Shown: positions 1-11,005, numbered from the stretch's first letter. The stretch: 64,000 nt of DNA from an uncultured Gammaproteobacteria bacterium (GCA_964411255.1 CAYPKD010000005.1:5547-69546), one strand, 5' to 3'. Made by a program: numbers and translations. The notes: a model not told the origin generated them from the letters alone.

Positions 1-1
1 T

Positions 2-3000
2 AATAAATGGAAGGAAACTCAATTGGAGGAATTAGAAGAAAGTTTTAGCCAAGTTCAAAAAGAGCTAAAAGATTTAGAACCAATGCAGATTTTACCTGAA
101 AATGTTTACCAGGATTTATCACTTAAATACGGTCATGTTTTTGATGCTGGAATCGGTGCTGATGCTCTTAGGAAATTGTTGCAAAAAGTTGATTTAGAAG
201 CATTAATAAAAAAGCTTGAAGTAGAAATAAAGAAAGAGAAGGTAACAAAAAAGAAAAAAGCAATTAATAGAGTAAAACTATTAAAAAGTTTGAGAAGAAC
301 AGGCATTAAGCCTGAATGGATGGTATTGACCTCAGTCCCAGTCATTCCTCCTGATTTGCGGCCAATGGTGCCATTAGATGGCGGACGGTTTGCCACATCT
401 GATTTAAATGATTTATATAGAAGAGTTATCAGTAGAAATAACCGTCTTAAAAGATTGGTGGATTTGCGTGCCCCAGAAGTTATCTGCAGAAATGAGAAGA
501 GGATGCTTCAGGAAGCAGTGGACGCTTTGATAGATAATTCTGCCAGAAAGGCGAAGACGACTACGGCTTCAACAGGCCAAAAGAGAAATTTAAAATCAAT
601 TGCTGATTATCTTAAAGGTAAGCAGGGGCGTTTTAGACAAAATTTATTAGGAAAAAGAATTGATTATTCTGGACGAAGCGTGATTGTAGTAGGTCCTCAC
701 TTAAAATTACATCAGTGTGGTCTGCCAAAGAAAATGGCTTTAGAATTATTTAAACCATTTATTATTTCTAGACTGATTAAGGAAGAATATGTCCATAATA
801 TTCGAAGCGCAAATCGGTTTATTGAAGCGGACAGATCTGAGGTGTGGGATATTTTAGAAGATATCGTAAAGGGCGCTCATGTATTATTAAATCGTGCGCC
901 GACTCTTCATCGTTTGGGTATCCAGGCTTTTCAACCAGTTTTAATTGAAGGTAAAGCAATTAAATTGCATCCTTTGGTTTGTTCTGCATTTAATGCGGAT
1001 TTTGATGGCGACCAAATGGCTGTGCACGTCCCATTAACTGAAGAAGCAAAAGCGGAAGCAAAGGAGAGAATGCTATCAATTAGAAATTTGTTAAAACCAG
1101 CTACTGGCATGCCAGTTACTCAACCATCAATGGATATGGTATGGGGAAGCTATTATTTAACTGAAATGATTGATAAAGAAAAACCAAAATATTTTAGTGA
1201 TAGTAAAGAAGCAAAATTAGCTTATGACTTGCGAAAAATCACATTACAAGAAAAAATATTGGTTAAAGTTACAACCTCTTCAGATTTGAAAGCAAAAGTA
1301 AAAGATAATATTCTTGAAACAAGTATTGGAAGGATAATTTTTAATAAAATATTTCCAGAAAAAATGCCATTTTATAATGAATTAGTTGATAAGAAAAAGC
1401 TAGCCTCTATCGTAAGTTATGCAATAGAAAAATATGGATTTGATGGTACGTCGAAGATTTTAGATAATATTAAGGAATTAGGTTTTATGCAGCTAACCAA
1501 GTCAGGGTATTCATGGGGTATGGATGATTTACCAAAACTGCAGGGAAAAGAAGAATTAATTAAGGAAGGGAATAAAAGAGTAGATGAAGTTCAGATGCAA
1601 TATGAATCTGGATTATTAACTGAAGATGAGCGATATAGCAAAGTAATTGAAATTTGGACTGAAATAAAGGAGAAAGTAATACAATTAAGTCAGAAAAGCT
1701 TAATTGAAGATGGGCCAGTATATACAATGATAACCTCAAATGCCAGAGGCTCATGGGGTCAGCTTACACAGATGATGGGCATGAAGGGATTGGTGACAAA
1801 CCCAGCAGGTCAAATTATTGAATTACCGGTTAAAGCGAACTTTAAGGAAGGTTTTTCTGTGTTGGAATATTATATTTCTACCCATGGTGCCCGTAAAGGT
1901 TTGTCAGATACTGCGTTAAGAACTGCGAACGCAGGATACTTGACCAGAAGATTAGTTGATGTTTCCCAGGACGTAGTAATTATTAAAGAAGATTGCGGTG
2001 AAAAAGAAGGTAAGTTATATACAAAGGAAGAAAGTGATAATATTGGCCAAAGTTTGGTTTCCAGAATTATTGGCCGATATTTATTAGAAGATATAAAGCA
2101 TCCGAAAACTAAAAAAGTGATTGTCAAAAAAGGAGAAGTAATATCTTTGTCAATTGCTAGAGAATTGGAAAAAATTGATTTGCAAGAGGCCCGGGTGAGA
2201 ACTGTTTTAAACTGCAAACTCAATCGTGGCTTATGTCAAAAATGCTATGGCTATGATTTATCTTATAACAAGCCGGTTGATTTAGGGTCTGCTGTAGGTA
2301 TTATTGCTGCGCAGAGTATTGGTGAACCAGGAACCCAGCTTACTATGAGAACTTTCCATACTGGTGGTGTAGCTGGTCAAGATATTACCCAAGGTTTGCC
2401 GAGGGTTGAAGAAATATTTGAAGCTCGTCCACCAAAGAAGAAAGCATTGTTAAGTGAGGCCACTGGAAAAGTATCTATTATTGAAAAACCTAGAGTCATC
2501 CAAGGACCAAAAGGTGAAATTATAGCTCAAACTGCATTTGGAGAAAGGACTATAAAAATTAAATATAGAGAGGAAGAAGTTGATACATATAATTTTAAAG
2601 ATTCTAAAAAAGTTGAATTAGTGGTAAAGGATAATGCTAAGGTAAAACAAGGCGATTTACTCTTCACTGAAGGCCGTAAAAAAATAAAGGCTGTAAGAGA
2701 CGGTGTATTAAATATCGAAGAGAAAGGTGTAAAGATAGTAAATGATATAAATAAGGAAAAGGAATATATTATTCCAGCAGGTGTTACAGTTTGGGTAAAA
2801 GACGGTGACAAAGTGCAAAAAGGTGATCAGCTGACTGAAGGAAGTATAAATCTTGAGGAATTATATAACCTTAAAGGCAAAGATGCTGTCCAGCAGTATA
2901 TATCAAATGAAATTCAGTACATTTATTCATCTCAGGGACAGAAATTAAATGATAAGCATGTTGAGGTTATTTGCCGTCAAATGTTTTCTAGGGTTTATAT

Positions 3001-3298
3001 CAAAGAACCAGGTGATACCTATTTGCTCGAAGGTGAAATAGTAGAAAAGTCTGAATTAGAAGAAGCTAATGAACAAGTGAAAAAAGGTGGCAGGCTGGCA
3101 GCAGTTGAAGAAAAGTTTTTGGGTATTTCAAAAGTATCGCTCTCAACAAAGAGTTTCTTATCTGCAGCCTCATTCCAGGAAACAGCAAGGGTTTTGATAA
3201 ATGCTGCTGTTACTGGAAAAATTGATAGATTAGAAGGCTTAAAAGAAAATGTTATTATTGGTAAATTGATTCCAGCTGGAACAGGATTTAAAAAGTAA
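2..3298 (+). CDS. rpoC: DNA-directed RNA polymerase subunit beta' (5'-truncated at window start)
   Basis: Reading frame is open from position 2. It contains the NADFDGD catalytic motif and conserved beta' C-terminal blocks, and ends at TAA 3296-3298. Confidence 0.93.
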   Translation, partial: NKWKETQLEELEESFSQVQKELKDLEPMQILPENVYQDLSLKYGHVFDAGIGADALRKLLQKVDLEALIKKLEVEIKKEKVTKKKKAINRVKLLKSLRRTGIKPEWMVLTSVPVIPPDLRPMVPLDGGRFATSDLNDLYRRVISRNNRLKRLVDLRAPEVICRNEKRMLQEAVDALIDNSARKAKTTTASTGQKRNLKSIADYLKGKQGRFRQNLLGKRIDYSGRSVIVVGPHLKLHQCGLPKKMALELFKPFIISRLIKEEYVHNIRSANRFIEADRSEVWDILEDIVKGAHVLLNRAPTLHRLGIQAFQPVLIEGKAIKLHPLVCSAFNADFDGDQMAVHVPLTEEAKAEAKERMLSIRNLLKPATGMPVTQPSMDMVWGSYYLTEMIDKEKPKYFSDSKEAKLAYDLRKITLQEKILVKVTTSSDLKAKVKDNILETSIGRIIFNKIFPEKMPFYNELVDKKKLASIVSYAIEKYGFDGTSKILDNIKELGFMQLTKSGYSWGMDDLPKLQGKEELIKEGNKRVDEVQMQYESGLLTEDERYSKVIEIWTEIKEKVIQLSQKSLIEDGPVYTMITSNARGSWGQLTQMMGMKGLVTNPAGQIIELPVKANFKEGFSVLEYYISTHGARKGLSDTALRTANAGYLTRRLVDVSQDVVIIKEDCGEKEGKLYTKEESDNIGQSLVSRIIGRYLLEDIKHPKTKKVIVKKGEVISLSIARELEKIDLQEARVRTVLNCKLNRGLCQKCYGYDLSYNKPVDLGSAVGIIAAQSIGEPGTQLTMRTFHTGGVAGQDITQGLPRVEEIFEARPPKKKALLSEATGKVSIIEKPRVIQGPKGEIIAQTAFGERTIKIKYREEEVDTYNFKDSKKVELVVKDNAKVKQGDLLFTEGRKKIKAVRDGVLNIEEKGVKIVNDINKEKEYIIPAGVTVWVKDGDKVQKGDQLTEGSINLEELYNLKGKDAVQQYISNEIQYIYSSQGQKLNDKHVEVICRQMFSRVYIKEPGDTYLLEGEIVEKSELEEANEQVKKGGRLAAVEEKFLGISKVSLSTKSFLSAASFQETARVLINAAVTGKIDRLEGLKENVIIGKLIPAGTGFKK

Positions 3299-3415
3299 TA
3301 TTACGAATACCCCGAATTATTGATCCGAATATCTGAAATATTTTATAATTCGTAGAGTATTCAGATTATTTGGGGTATTAGGATAGGAAATTCGGGTCAT
3401 TAGGATCAATAATTT

Positions 3416-5275
3416 ATGAAGAAAAATTTAACAAAAAATGTAATTATATTCATTGTCATCTTTTTTGTGATTGCTGCAATTTTCAGTACGTATAACCTGT
3501 CCAACAAGGAAAAAGAAACTATTGATGTTCAAAAAATGATTCAGGAAATAGATGAAGAGAAAATTAAGTCAATTGAAGTGGCAGGCAGTGAAATATCATT
3601 AATTTTAAAAGATGATTCATTGCAAACACTAAAAAAAGAGCCAAATGAAAATTTCTCAGATTTGGTGAATAATTATAATATTGATAGGGAAAAACTATCT
3701 TTAATTTCAATTGAAGTAACAGAAGAGAGAGGGATGTCTTTTTGGTTAACCAGCGTTTTACCCTTTTTATTGCCGATTTTATTGATTGTAGCATTTATTT
3801 GGTTTATGATGCGACAAGTTCAGGGTGCAAATACAAAGGCAATGTCTTTTGGTCAGAGCCAGGCAAAGCAGTTTGACAGTAAGGGGAAAAATAAAACCAG
3901 TTTCAAAGATGTTGCAGGTGTGAGGGAAGCAAAAGAAGAATTAAAAGAAGTGGTTGAGTTTTTACGCTATCCAAAAAAGTTTTTAGATTTAGGAGCAAAG
4001 ATTCCTAAGGGTGTATTGCTGATGGGCCCTCCGGGTACAGGGAAAACATTGCTAGCAAAAGCTGTCGCCGGAGAGGCAAAGGTTCCATTCTTTACTATAT
4101 CAGGATCTGAATTTGTTGAGATGTTTGTTGGTGTGGGTGCGTCCCGGGTAAGAGATTTATTTAAGAAAGCAAAAAAGAATGCACCCTGTATTATATTTAT
4201 TGATGAAATTGATGCCGTTGGCAGACAAAGGGGAGCTGGTCTGGGTGGTTCGCATGATGAAAGAGAACAGACATTGAACCAAATTTTGGTTGAGTTAGAC
4301 GGATTTGATGTCAATACAAATGTGATCGTTATGGCAGCTACCAACAGGCCTGATGTTTTAGACCCGGCTTTACTTCGGCCAGGAAGATTTGACCGCAGAG
4401 TTATTTTAGATATGCCAGATATTCGAGATAGAGAAGAAATATTAAAAGTTCATGCTAAAGGCAAGCCATTAACGAAAAAAGTTAACATGAGAAGAGTTGC
4501 AGAAAGAACTCCGGGATTTTCTGGCGCTGACTTATCAAATTTACTAAACGAAGCGGCTATTTTAACAGCCAGAAAGGACAAGCATGAGATTGGTATGGAT
4601 GAAATACTTGATAGTATTGAAAAGGTTCTGCTTGGTCCGGAAAGAAAAAGTAAAGTACTTACTGTGGAAGAGAAAAAAGTAACAGCTTATCATGAAGCTG
4701 GCCATGCTTTAGTTGCCCATATTCAGCCAGGAGTTGATCCGGTGCAAAAAGTATCTATAGTTTCCAGAGGCCATGCAGCTGGGTATACATTGAAATTACC
4801 AACAAAAGACCGAAGCCTGCACAAGAAATCAGAATTTATAAGTGATTTGGCTGTGTTATTGGCAGGTCATACTGTAGAAAAGATAATTTTTGGCGAGGTG
4901 ACTACTGGCGCATCCAATGATTTGCAAAAGGCAACCGATCTCGCAAGAAATATCGTCACCCGATATGGTATGAGCGAGCATTTGGTGCCAAGAATATATG
5001 GGGAAAAAGAAGAATTAGTATTTTTAGGCAGGGATATACGGGAACAGAGAAACTATAGTGAGAAAGTAGCTGAAGTTATTGATAAGGAAATTGATTATCT
5101 AATAAGCGAAGCAGTAAAAACCTCTACTAATATTATTAATGATGAAAAAGATAAGCTTGAAAAGATAGTTAAACATCTTTTGGAACATGAAACGCTCGAA
5201 CAAGATGAGTTTATAAAGTTAATAGGCAAAAAAAAAGAATTAAACAAGAATGATAATATTGAAAAAAAAGAATAA
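3416..5275 (+). CDS. ftsH: ATP-dependent zinc metalloprotease FtsH
   Basis: Two N-terminal TM helices, Walker [12 protein letters not shown] region, and HEAGHA zinc-binding motif. Confidence 0.95.
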   Translation: MKKNLTKNVIIFIVIFFVIAAIFSTYNLSNKEKETIDVQKMIQEIDEEKIKSIEVAGSEISLILKDDSLQTLKKEPNENFSDLVNNYNIDREKLSLISIEVTEERGMSFWLTSVLPFLLPILLIVAFIWFMMRQVQGANTKAMSFGQSQAKQFDSKGKNKTSFKDVAGVREAKEELKEVVEFLRYPKKFLDLGAKIPKGVLLMGPPGTGKTLLAKAVAGEAKVPFFTISGSEFVEMFVGVGASRVRDLFKKAKKNAPCIIFIDEIDAVGRQRGAGLGGSHDEREQTLNQILVELDGFDVNTNVIVMAATNRPDVLDPALLRPGRFDRRVILDMPDIRDREEILKVHAKGKPLTKKVNMRRVAERTPGFSGADLSNLLNEAAILTARKDKHEIGMDEILDSIEKVLLGPERKSKVLTVEEKKVTAYHEAGHALVAHIQPGVDPVQKVSIVSRGHAAGYTLKLPTKDRSLHKKSEFISDLAVLLAGHTVEKIIFGEVTTGASNDLQKATDLARNIVTRYGMSEHLVPRIYGEKEELVFLGRDIREQRNYSEKVAEVIDKEIDYLISEAVKTSTNIINDEKDKLEKIVKHLLEHETLEQDEFIKLIGKKKELNKNDNIEKKE

Positions 5276-5279
5276 AAGT

Positions 5280-5308
5280 AAAGCTGCTTTTCGCAGCTTT
5301 ATTTGTTT
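5280..5308 (+). terminator. rho-independent terminator after ftsH
   Basis: Hairpin aaagctgc-tttt-gcagcttt followed by atttgttt. Confidence 0.7.
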
Positions 5309-5310
5309 AT

Positions 5311-6105
5311 ATGAAAAAAATAATTATTCCCCTAATTTTTTTAATAATTCTCCTGTCAGGCTGTAGCGTGGAAGTCATAGAACAAGACGATCAGAATGTA
5401 GCGGAAACCACATTTGAATTGTCCAAAGTAGAGTTTACCAACTGGACTCAAATTGATATTGGATTAAACATAAAACAATTTATTGCTGATAATCAAAATA
5501 CAATCACAGTATTGAGGATAGATGAAGATAAATATGAATGGGCGCTAGCTCAGGATAGAAGCAATCCAAAAATTATCAGCCAATGGCAGCAGAAATTGAA
5601 AGCAGAAATTGTAATAAATGGAGGATATTTTGATGAGAATAATGAATCCACTGGATTTTTAAAGATTGAAGGAGAAAAATTTGGGAATTTATCGATTAAT
5701 GGTAAAAACGGATATACGGGAATGTTATTAATAAAAGACAATCAGCCTGAATTGAGATATTTACCTGCAGAAAATTATAAAAATGAAAAAGTCAATTTTG
5801 CATTGCAGACTTTTCCAACATTAATCTATAATAATAAAAGCTTAATAACCGAAGATAGTGGGAAAACTGCGAGAAGAACGGTTTTAGCCCAGACAAAAGA
5901 TAAAAAGACTTATATTATTATTTCAGAATCATTTATCAGTTTATACAAATTAGCTCAATGGCTGGAAAATTCAGAATTAGATATTTCAATTGCTATAAAC
6001 CTGGATGGCGGACCCTCAACAGGTTTGATTGTAAAAGATTATTATAAATCTGATTCGGCTTTAGTACCTAATGTTGTTTATTTAACGGCGGTCGGCAATA
6101 GGTAG
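5311..6105 (+). CDS. lipoprotein, phosphodiester glycosidase (NAGPA-domain)-like
   Basis: Lipobox LLSGCS; NGGYF and LDGGPSTG motifs resemble the NAGPA/phosphodiester glycosidase family. Confidence 0.45.
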   Translation: MKKIIIPLIFLIILLSGCSVEVIEQDDQNVAETTFELSKVEFTNWTQIDIGLNIKQFIADNQNTITVLRIDEDKYEWALAQDRSNPKIISQWQQKLKAEIVINGGYFDENNESTGFLKIEGEKFGNLSINGKNGYTGMLLIKDNQPELRYLPAENYKNEKVNFALQTFPTLIYNNKSLITEDSGKTARRTVLAQTKDKKTYIIISESFISLYKLAQWLENSELDISIAINLDGGPSTGLIVKDYYKSDSALVPNVVYLTAVGNR

Positions 6106-6139
6106 TAGGCCAGATGTTAATAAGTTTTCGCTATAAAAT

Positions 6140-6160
6140 TAAACTTTTGATATAATAAAA
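6140..6160 (+). promoter_or_regulatory. extended -10 promoter (TTTGATATAATAAAA)
   Basis: TGaTATAAT motif. A near-identical 15-mer recurs upstream of trxA at 11093. Confidence 0.4.
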
Positions 6161-6241
6161 GTAGCTTGATGTCAAGTTACTTTTTAATTACCAATATACA
6201 AATTAATATAAAATATTACAAATAATAACAAATATACAAAT

Positions 6242-7327
6242 ATGCCATTGTACAGAATTATTTTAAAAAAAGCATGGAAGATTAGTTTGAAAAATAAATG
6301 GCTTTGGTTTTTAGGATTTTTTGCTGCCTTTTTAAGTAATGAAAGTATTTATGAATCTATCATTGGTGGATTTACAAATAAGTTTCAGGGTCAGGATTTT
6401 GTTTTCCTGACTAAAGACTTTTTAGGTGTTGGGTTATTAGATATTTTTCAATGGTCATTTTTAAAATCATGGTGGACTTCAGGAAGTATTACTTTTACTT
6501 TTTTGTTATTGGTTACAATAGCTTTTATTTGTTTATTATTATTCTTTGTCTTTGTTTCAATTATTTCCCAGGCAGGATTGATCAAGTCAGCAATTGCCAT
6601 TGATGTAAAAAAAACATACAGCCTAAAAAAAGCTTTGCAGGATGGTATTGAGAAGTTTTGGTCTGTATTGGCGCTGAATGTGATTACAAAAGTCGTTTTA
6701 TTTGGAGTATTGGTGATTGTTGCATATTTATTTTCTGCATTAATAAAATTAAATCCAGTTAATTTTATTGATTACGTTTTGTATGTGATCTTTATTGCAT
6801 TATTGGTTTTTGGCGCATTGATAATATATTATTTAACAATTTATGGCACTGCTTTTATAATGCTCAGAGGAAAAAAAGTTTTTGATAGCTTAAGACTTTC
6901 ATGGCACATTTTTGTAAAAAATATATTGATAAATTTAGAAATGGCTTTGATTTTATTTGTGTTCGTAATATTGTTAACCATAGTATATTTAATTGTTCTG
7001 TTTGTATTAGGAACCCCATTAGTTCTGCTATACATGCTTTTAGGCTTTGCTGCAGCAGAAAAAGGGGTGATTATTGTCGCTGCTTTAGCTGTATTACTGT
7101 TTATTATTGTTACAGTATTTTTCGGAGCCTGGTATTCTACATTTCAAATCACATGCTGGGCTTTGCTATTTGAAGAATTGGTGTTGAAAAAAGGACGATC
7201 AAAGTTTCTAAGAGTTTTAGATGCGATTTTTGGTAAAAGTAAAAGGAAAAAATTAAACAAAGGGAAAATAAAAAAAATTGCCCGAAAGACTGTAAAGAAG
7301 GGTAAGAAAAGTTTAAGAAGAAGATAA
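6242..7327 (+). CDS. polytopic membrane protein with Lys/Arg-rich C-terminal tail
   Basis: Multiple hydrophobic helices; C-terminal KSKRKKLNKGKIKKIARKTVKKGKKSLRRR. Confidence 0.5.
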   Translation: MPLYRIILKKAWKISLKNKWLWFLGFFAAFLSNESIYESIIGGFTNKFQGQDFVFLTKDFLGVGLLDIFQWSFLKSWWTSGSITFTFLLLVTIAFICLLLFFVFVSIISQAGLIKSAIAIDVKKTYSLKKALQDGIEKFWSVLALNVITKVVLFGVLVIVAYLFSALIKLNPVNFIDYVLYVIFIALLVFGALIIYYLTIYGTAFIMLRGKKVFDSLRLSWHIFVKNILINLEMALILFVFVILLTIVYLIVLFVLGTPLVLLYMLLGFAAAEKGVIIVAALAVLLFIIVTVFFGAWYSTFQITCWALLFEELVLKKGRSKFLRVLDAIFGKSKRKKLNKGKIKKIARKTVKKGKKSLRRR

Positions 7328-7343
7328 ATTTATTTATATATAA

Positions 7344-7372
7344 AACAAGGCATAAAGCCTTGTTTTTGTTTT
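7344..7372 (+). terminator. rho-independent terminator
   Basis: Hairpin acaaggc-ataaa-gccttgt followed by ttttgtttt. Confidence 0.55.
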
Positions 7373-7373
7373 C

Positions 7374-7417
7374 GTCAAAAGGTAAAAACGAATTCGAATT
7401 CGTTTTTACCTTTTGAC
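7374..7417. repeat. perfect 22-bp-arm palindrome (gtcaaaaggtaaaaacgaattc|gaattcgtttttaccttttgac)
   Basis: Read directly from the sequence. It overlaps the last codons and the stop (7406-7408) of the minus-strand methyltransferase gene. Confidence 0.6.
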
Positions 7418-8554
7418 GGCTATTTTCCAAATTGTAATTCTTCGAACCAAATGTTGTCCTGGCCTTGAATAATCAAATTCATTGAGTAAATTATAGCCAA
7501 GCTGTTTTATATTTTCATCAATTGACGTATCGATTATTTGTTTTTTAGATTTTAATTTTGGAAAGATAAATACCACTATATGTTTAGATCCAAGCAATTT
7601 ACTAAATTTTTCAAAGGATTTTAAATATAAAAGCTGAAGTTCTTTTTTTATTTTATTTAAGTCTGCCTGATTTTCTTTACCAGTTAAGGGTTTGCCTAAA
7701 TATGGTTCAGTGACAATTGCTTGAGGTAAAAATTTTAAATCTTTTGCAGTTGCTTTGGTTATGTCTAGCGTTTTCATTTCAATATTTACAGTTAAATTAA
7801 AATTTTCAAGCAGCCAATCAATATTTTTTTGAGCTTTTAGAATAGTTGAAGCATTTATATCACTACCAAAGATGTTTTCATATCCTAATATTGCTGCTTG
7901 CTGCAAAATAGTGCCAAAACCGCAAAATGGATCCCAAATAGTTTTTGTTTTTTGTGGAATTAGATTAATCATCATTTGCGCCACTTTAGGCGGCAGCATA
8001 CCTATCTTGGGATCAAATTCTGGACGGCCATAGTCAAGCTTGTTCCAGAGCTCAAAGTCCTGAACGGCTAAGGTTTTACCAATTAAAAAAATTCCGCGTT
8101 GTTCAAAAATACAAAGCTCAATTCCCTGATCAATCAGCTTATTTTTTTTAACAACGACTGCGGTTAGGTTTTGCGTTTTCGGACTCACAAATCTACATGG
8201 CCGGCTTTGTTTAATAATTTTTTTTATTTCAATGCCCAGTTTGTTTATTTTAAGTTTTTGATTTGTATAGTCGCTTATTCCAAACTGGATCTTGTTTGTT
8301 TGTTTTAAATCAATCGTTTTGATGAGCTCGTTGGCATTGAGTCTCTGAATTTGGCCGATGATTTCACCGAATTTTATTTGACCGCCGAGTCTGTAAAAGA
8401 TTTTGTTATCTATTTTTTCTTTCGATTCAATAATAAAAAGCTCGTTTTGCTGCAAAATTTGCTTAAATTCAATTTTTGTTAAAAACAAAACGTTTTTTAT
8501 CTCAGCTAAAGATAATTGGGGTGTTTTTCCAAAAATAAAATAATATTTATGCAT
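7406..8554 (-). CDS. THUMP/Trm11-like RNA (guanine-N2 or adenine-N6) methyltransferase
   Basis: SAM-binding motif I WDPFCGFGTIL and DPPY-like motif TEPYLGKP. The likely start is the ATG at 8552-8554 (MHKYYFIFGK); the ORF-track N-terminal extension to 8704 is rejected. Confidence 0.65.
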   Translation of the reverse strand: MHKYYFIFGKTPQLSLAEIKNVLFLTKIEFKQILQQNELFIIESKEKIDNKIFYRLGGQIKFGEIIGQIQRLNANELIKTIDLKQTNKIQFGISDYTNQKLKINKLGIEIKKIIKQSRPCRFVSPKTQNLTAVVVKKNKLIDQGIELCIFEQRGIFLIGKTLAVQDFELWNKLDYGRPEFDPKIGMLPPKVAQMMINLIPQKTKTIWDPFCGFGTILQQAAILGYENIFGSDINASTILKAQKNIDWLLENFNLTVNIEMKTLDITKATAKDLKFLPQAIVTEPYLGKPLTGKENQADLNKIKKELQLLYLKSFEKFSKLLGSKHIVVFIFPKLKSKKQIIDTSIDENIKQLGYNLLNEFDYSRPGQHLVRRITIWKIAVKR

Positions 8555-8807
8555 ATATTTTATTGTATCATTTTTTTGATATTTTGATACTTTTATACAT
8601 ACAAATAAAAGTCTGCGCCTATGCCATTTTACAGCAGAATGTTGAGGAGAGAGAGATTTGGTTTTGAATACGTTGTTACGTACCCTAGCCAAAAACATTC
8701 GCACTGTTATAAATTGGCAAAAAGACGCAGACTTTTACAACCAATGTATTTATTATTGTAGCATATTTTTAAATTTTGTAAATACTTAAAAGTTAAATAC
8801 AGCAAAT

Positions 8808-8836
8808 TGACACTTTTCGAAAAAATTGCTAAACTA
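8808..8836 (+). promoter_or_regulatory. candidate sigma70-like promoter for infB
   Basis: TTGACA-17-TAAACT, followed by a roughly 185-nt leader. Confidence 0.35.
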
Positions 8837-9022
8837 AAAGCAATCTTTTTATTTAAGAAGGCCTAAGAAGGCACCAGATGGCTTAATAGATAAAGAGGAA
8901 AAGAGGTTGAGAAGGCAAGTATTAAAATTGGAATAGCCTTCTTTTCCCATATGCCTCATTTTCCTATCAATCCCGCTTAAGCCCTATCAAGCCTTCTTTA
9001 ATAATGAAAGGAGAATATTACC

Positions 9023-11005
9023 ATGAATGTAACAGAATTAGCTAGAATATTAAAAGTTCCGACAAGCGAGCTTTTGGATAAACTGCCAAAGCTTGGTTTT
9101 AGTATTGGGAAAAAAGCGATAAAGGTAAATGATAAATTAGCTCAGCAGATTATGATCGCCTGGCGAGCGCAGGAAAAGCAAAAGGTACAAGAAGAAAAAT
9201 ATTTATCAACAAAAGATCAGGAAGAAGAAAAGGAAGTGATTGAAAAAGGTGAGGTAAATATCCCACCTGTTTTAACGGTAAGAGATTTTTCAAAAATATT
9301 AAATATGCCTGTTACTGAAGTGATTGCAGAATTAATGAAAAATGGAGTCATGGCATCAGTAAACCAGCGTATTGATTATGATACAGCTGCAATTATTGCA
9401 GAAGAATTGGGATTCCAACCAACAGAAGAGGATGTGGAAGCCAAGTTTGAAGTCGATAAATCAGTAAGAGTTAAGGAAGTTTTAGAAAAAGAAAAAAAAT
9501 TATTAGACCGGGCGCCTGTTATTGTAGTTCTTGGCCATGTTGATCATGGAAAGACAAAGCTTTTGGATGCAATAAGAAAAACAAATGTTGTTGAAGGCGA
9601 GGCCGGAGGAATTACCCAACACATTGGTGCTTATCAAGTGAAAAAACAAGGAAGAAAAATTACTTTTATTGATACTCCAGGACATGAGGCATTTACAGCT
9701 ATGCGTTCCCGCGGAGCAAAAATAGCAGACATTGCCATTTTAATAATTGCTGCTGATGATGGCATTAAGCCACAGACCGTTGAAGCGTTAAAAATTGCCC
9801 AGGAAGCGGGTTTGACAATTGTAGTTGCTATCAATAAAATTGACAAGCCCGCTGCAAATGTTGAAAAAGTGAAGCAAGAGCTAACAAAATATAATTTATT
9901 ATCAGAAGAATGGGGAGGCAAAACAATTTGTGTTCCAATATCAGCGAAACAAAATATTGGCATTGATGAATTATTAGAACAGATTTTATTAGTGGCAGAC
10001 ATGGAAGCTGAAAAAATCGTAGCCAATCCGGAAGGACAATTTATTGGAAGTACGATTGAATCGCATGTTGATAAGAACGTAGGACCGGTAGCCACTGTTT
10101 TAGTGAAAAATGGAACGTTAACAAAAGGAGATTTGTTATCTGGTGATGGCGAGTATTTTGGAAAAGTAAGAGCAATGAAAAATTATAGAGGTGAAGAATT
10201 AGACGAGGCCGGCCCATCAGTCCCTGTTCAAATCATCGGTTTTAAGGTGGCGCCAAAAGTAGGAGATGTTATTGAAGTTGGTGGAGATATGAAAAAAGCT
10301 CGAAGAAAAACAGATTATTATAAATTAACAAAAGAAGAGGAATTTGTTAAAACGTCGCATGACTCAGAAGATAATGAAGAAAAAGAAGGCATTACAAAGC
10401 TGGCTATTGTTTTACGAACCGATGTTTTAGGCTCCCAGGAGGCGATTATTGAATCTTTAGAAAAAATTGAAACTGATGATATAAAAATAGACATTGTATC
10501 AAAAGGACTGGGCAGTGTAAATGAATCAGATGTGTTGGCTGCAGAAGCCAGTAATGCAATGCTTTTGGGTTTTAATGTTATTCCTTCAAACGCAGCTGAA
10601 GCACTGGCCAGAGATAAGGGTATTGAAATAAAAACATTTAAAATAATTTATGAAATAATTGATGAGGTGAAGGCACGGCTGAATGAACTTATTAAGGCTG
10701 AATTAATCAGGGAAGATTTAGGTAAATTGGAGGTTTTAGCGTTATTTAAAAAAACAGATAAAGGGCATATCATCGGGGGCAAAGTAATTGAAGGAAAAAT
10801 AGAGGCAAACACCAGTGCGGCAGTAATAAGAAATAAGGCATTTATAGGACTGGGTAAAATTACAGAGCTACAATCGGGAAAACAGGAGGTAAAAGATGTT
10901 CAAAAGGGCCAGGAAGCCGGACTTTCATTTGAAGGACAGGCTGATATTGAAATTGGCGATATTTTAGATATTTATCGTGAGCGGGAACAGAAGAAAGTCA
11001 TTTGA
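9023..11005 (+). CDS. infB: translation initiation factor IF-2
   Basis: GTPase motifs GHVDHGKTKLLD, DTPGHEAF and NKID; IF-2 C-terminal domains. Confidence 0.95.
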   Translation: MNVTELARILKVPTSELLDKLPKLGFSIGKKAIKVNDKLAQQIMIAWRAQEKQKVQEEKYLSTKDQEEEKEVIEKGEVNIPPVLTVRDFSKILNMPVTEVIAELMKNGVMASVNQRIDYDTAAIIAEELGFQPTEEDVEAKFEVDKSVRVKEVLEKEKKLLDRAPVIVVLGHVDHGKTKLLDAIRKTNVVEGEAGGITQHIGAYQVKKQGRKITFIDTPGHEAFTAMRSRGAKIADIAILIIAADDGIKPQTVEALKIAQEAGLTIVVAINKIDKPAANVEKVKQELTKYNLLSEEWGGKTICVPISAKQNIGIDELLEQILLVADMEAEKIVANPEGQFIGSTIESHVDKNVGPVATVLVKNGTLTKGDLLSGDGEYFGKVRAMKNYRGEELDEAGPSVPVQIIGFKVAPKVGDVIEVGGDMKKARRKTDYYKLTKEEEFVKTSHDSEDNEEKEGITKLAIVLRTDVLGSQEAIIESLEKIETDDIKIDIVSKGLGSVNESDVLAAEASNAMLLGFNVIPSNAAEALARDKGIEIKTFKIIYEIIDEVKARLNELIKAELIREDLGKLEVLALFKKTDKGHIIGGKVIEGKIEANTSAAVIRNKAFIGLGKITELQSGKQEVKDVQKGQEAGLSFEGQADIEIGDILDIYREREQKKVI

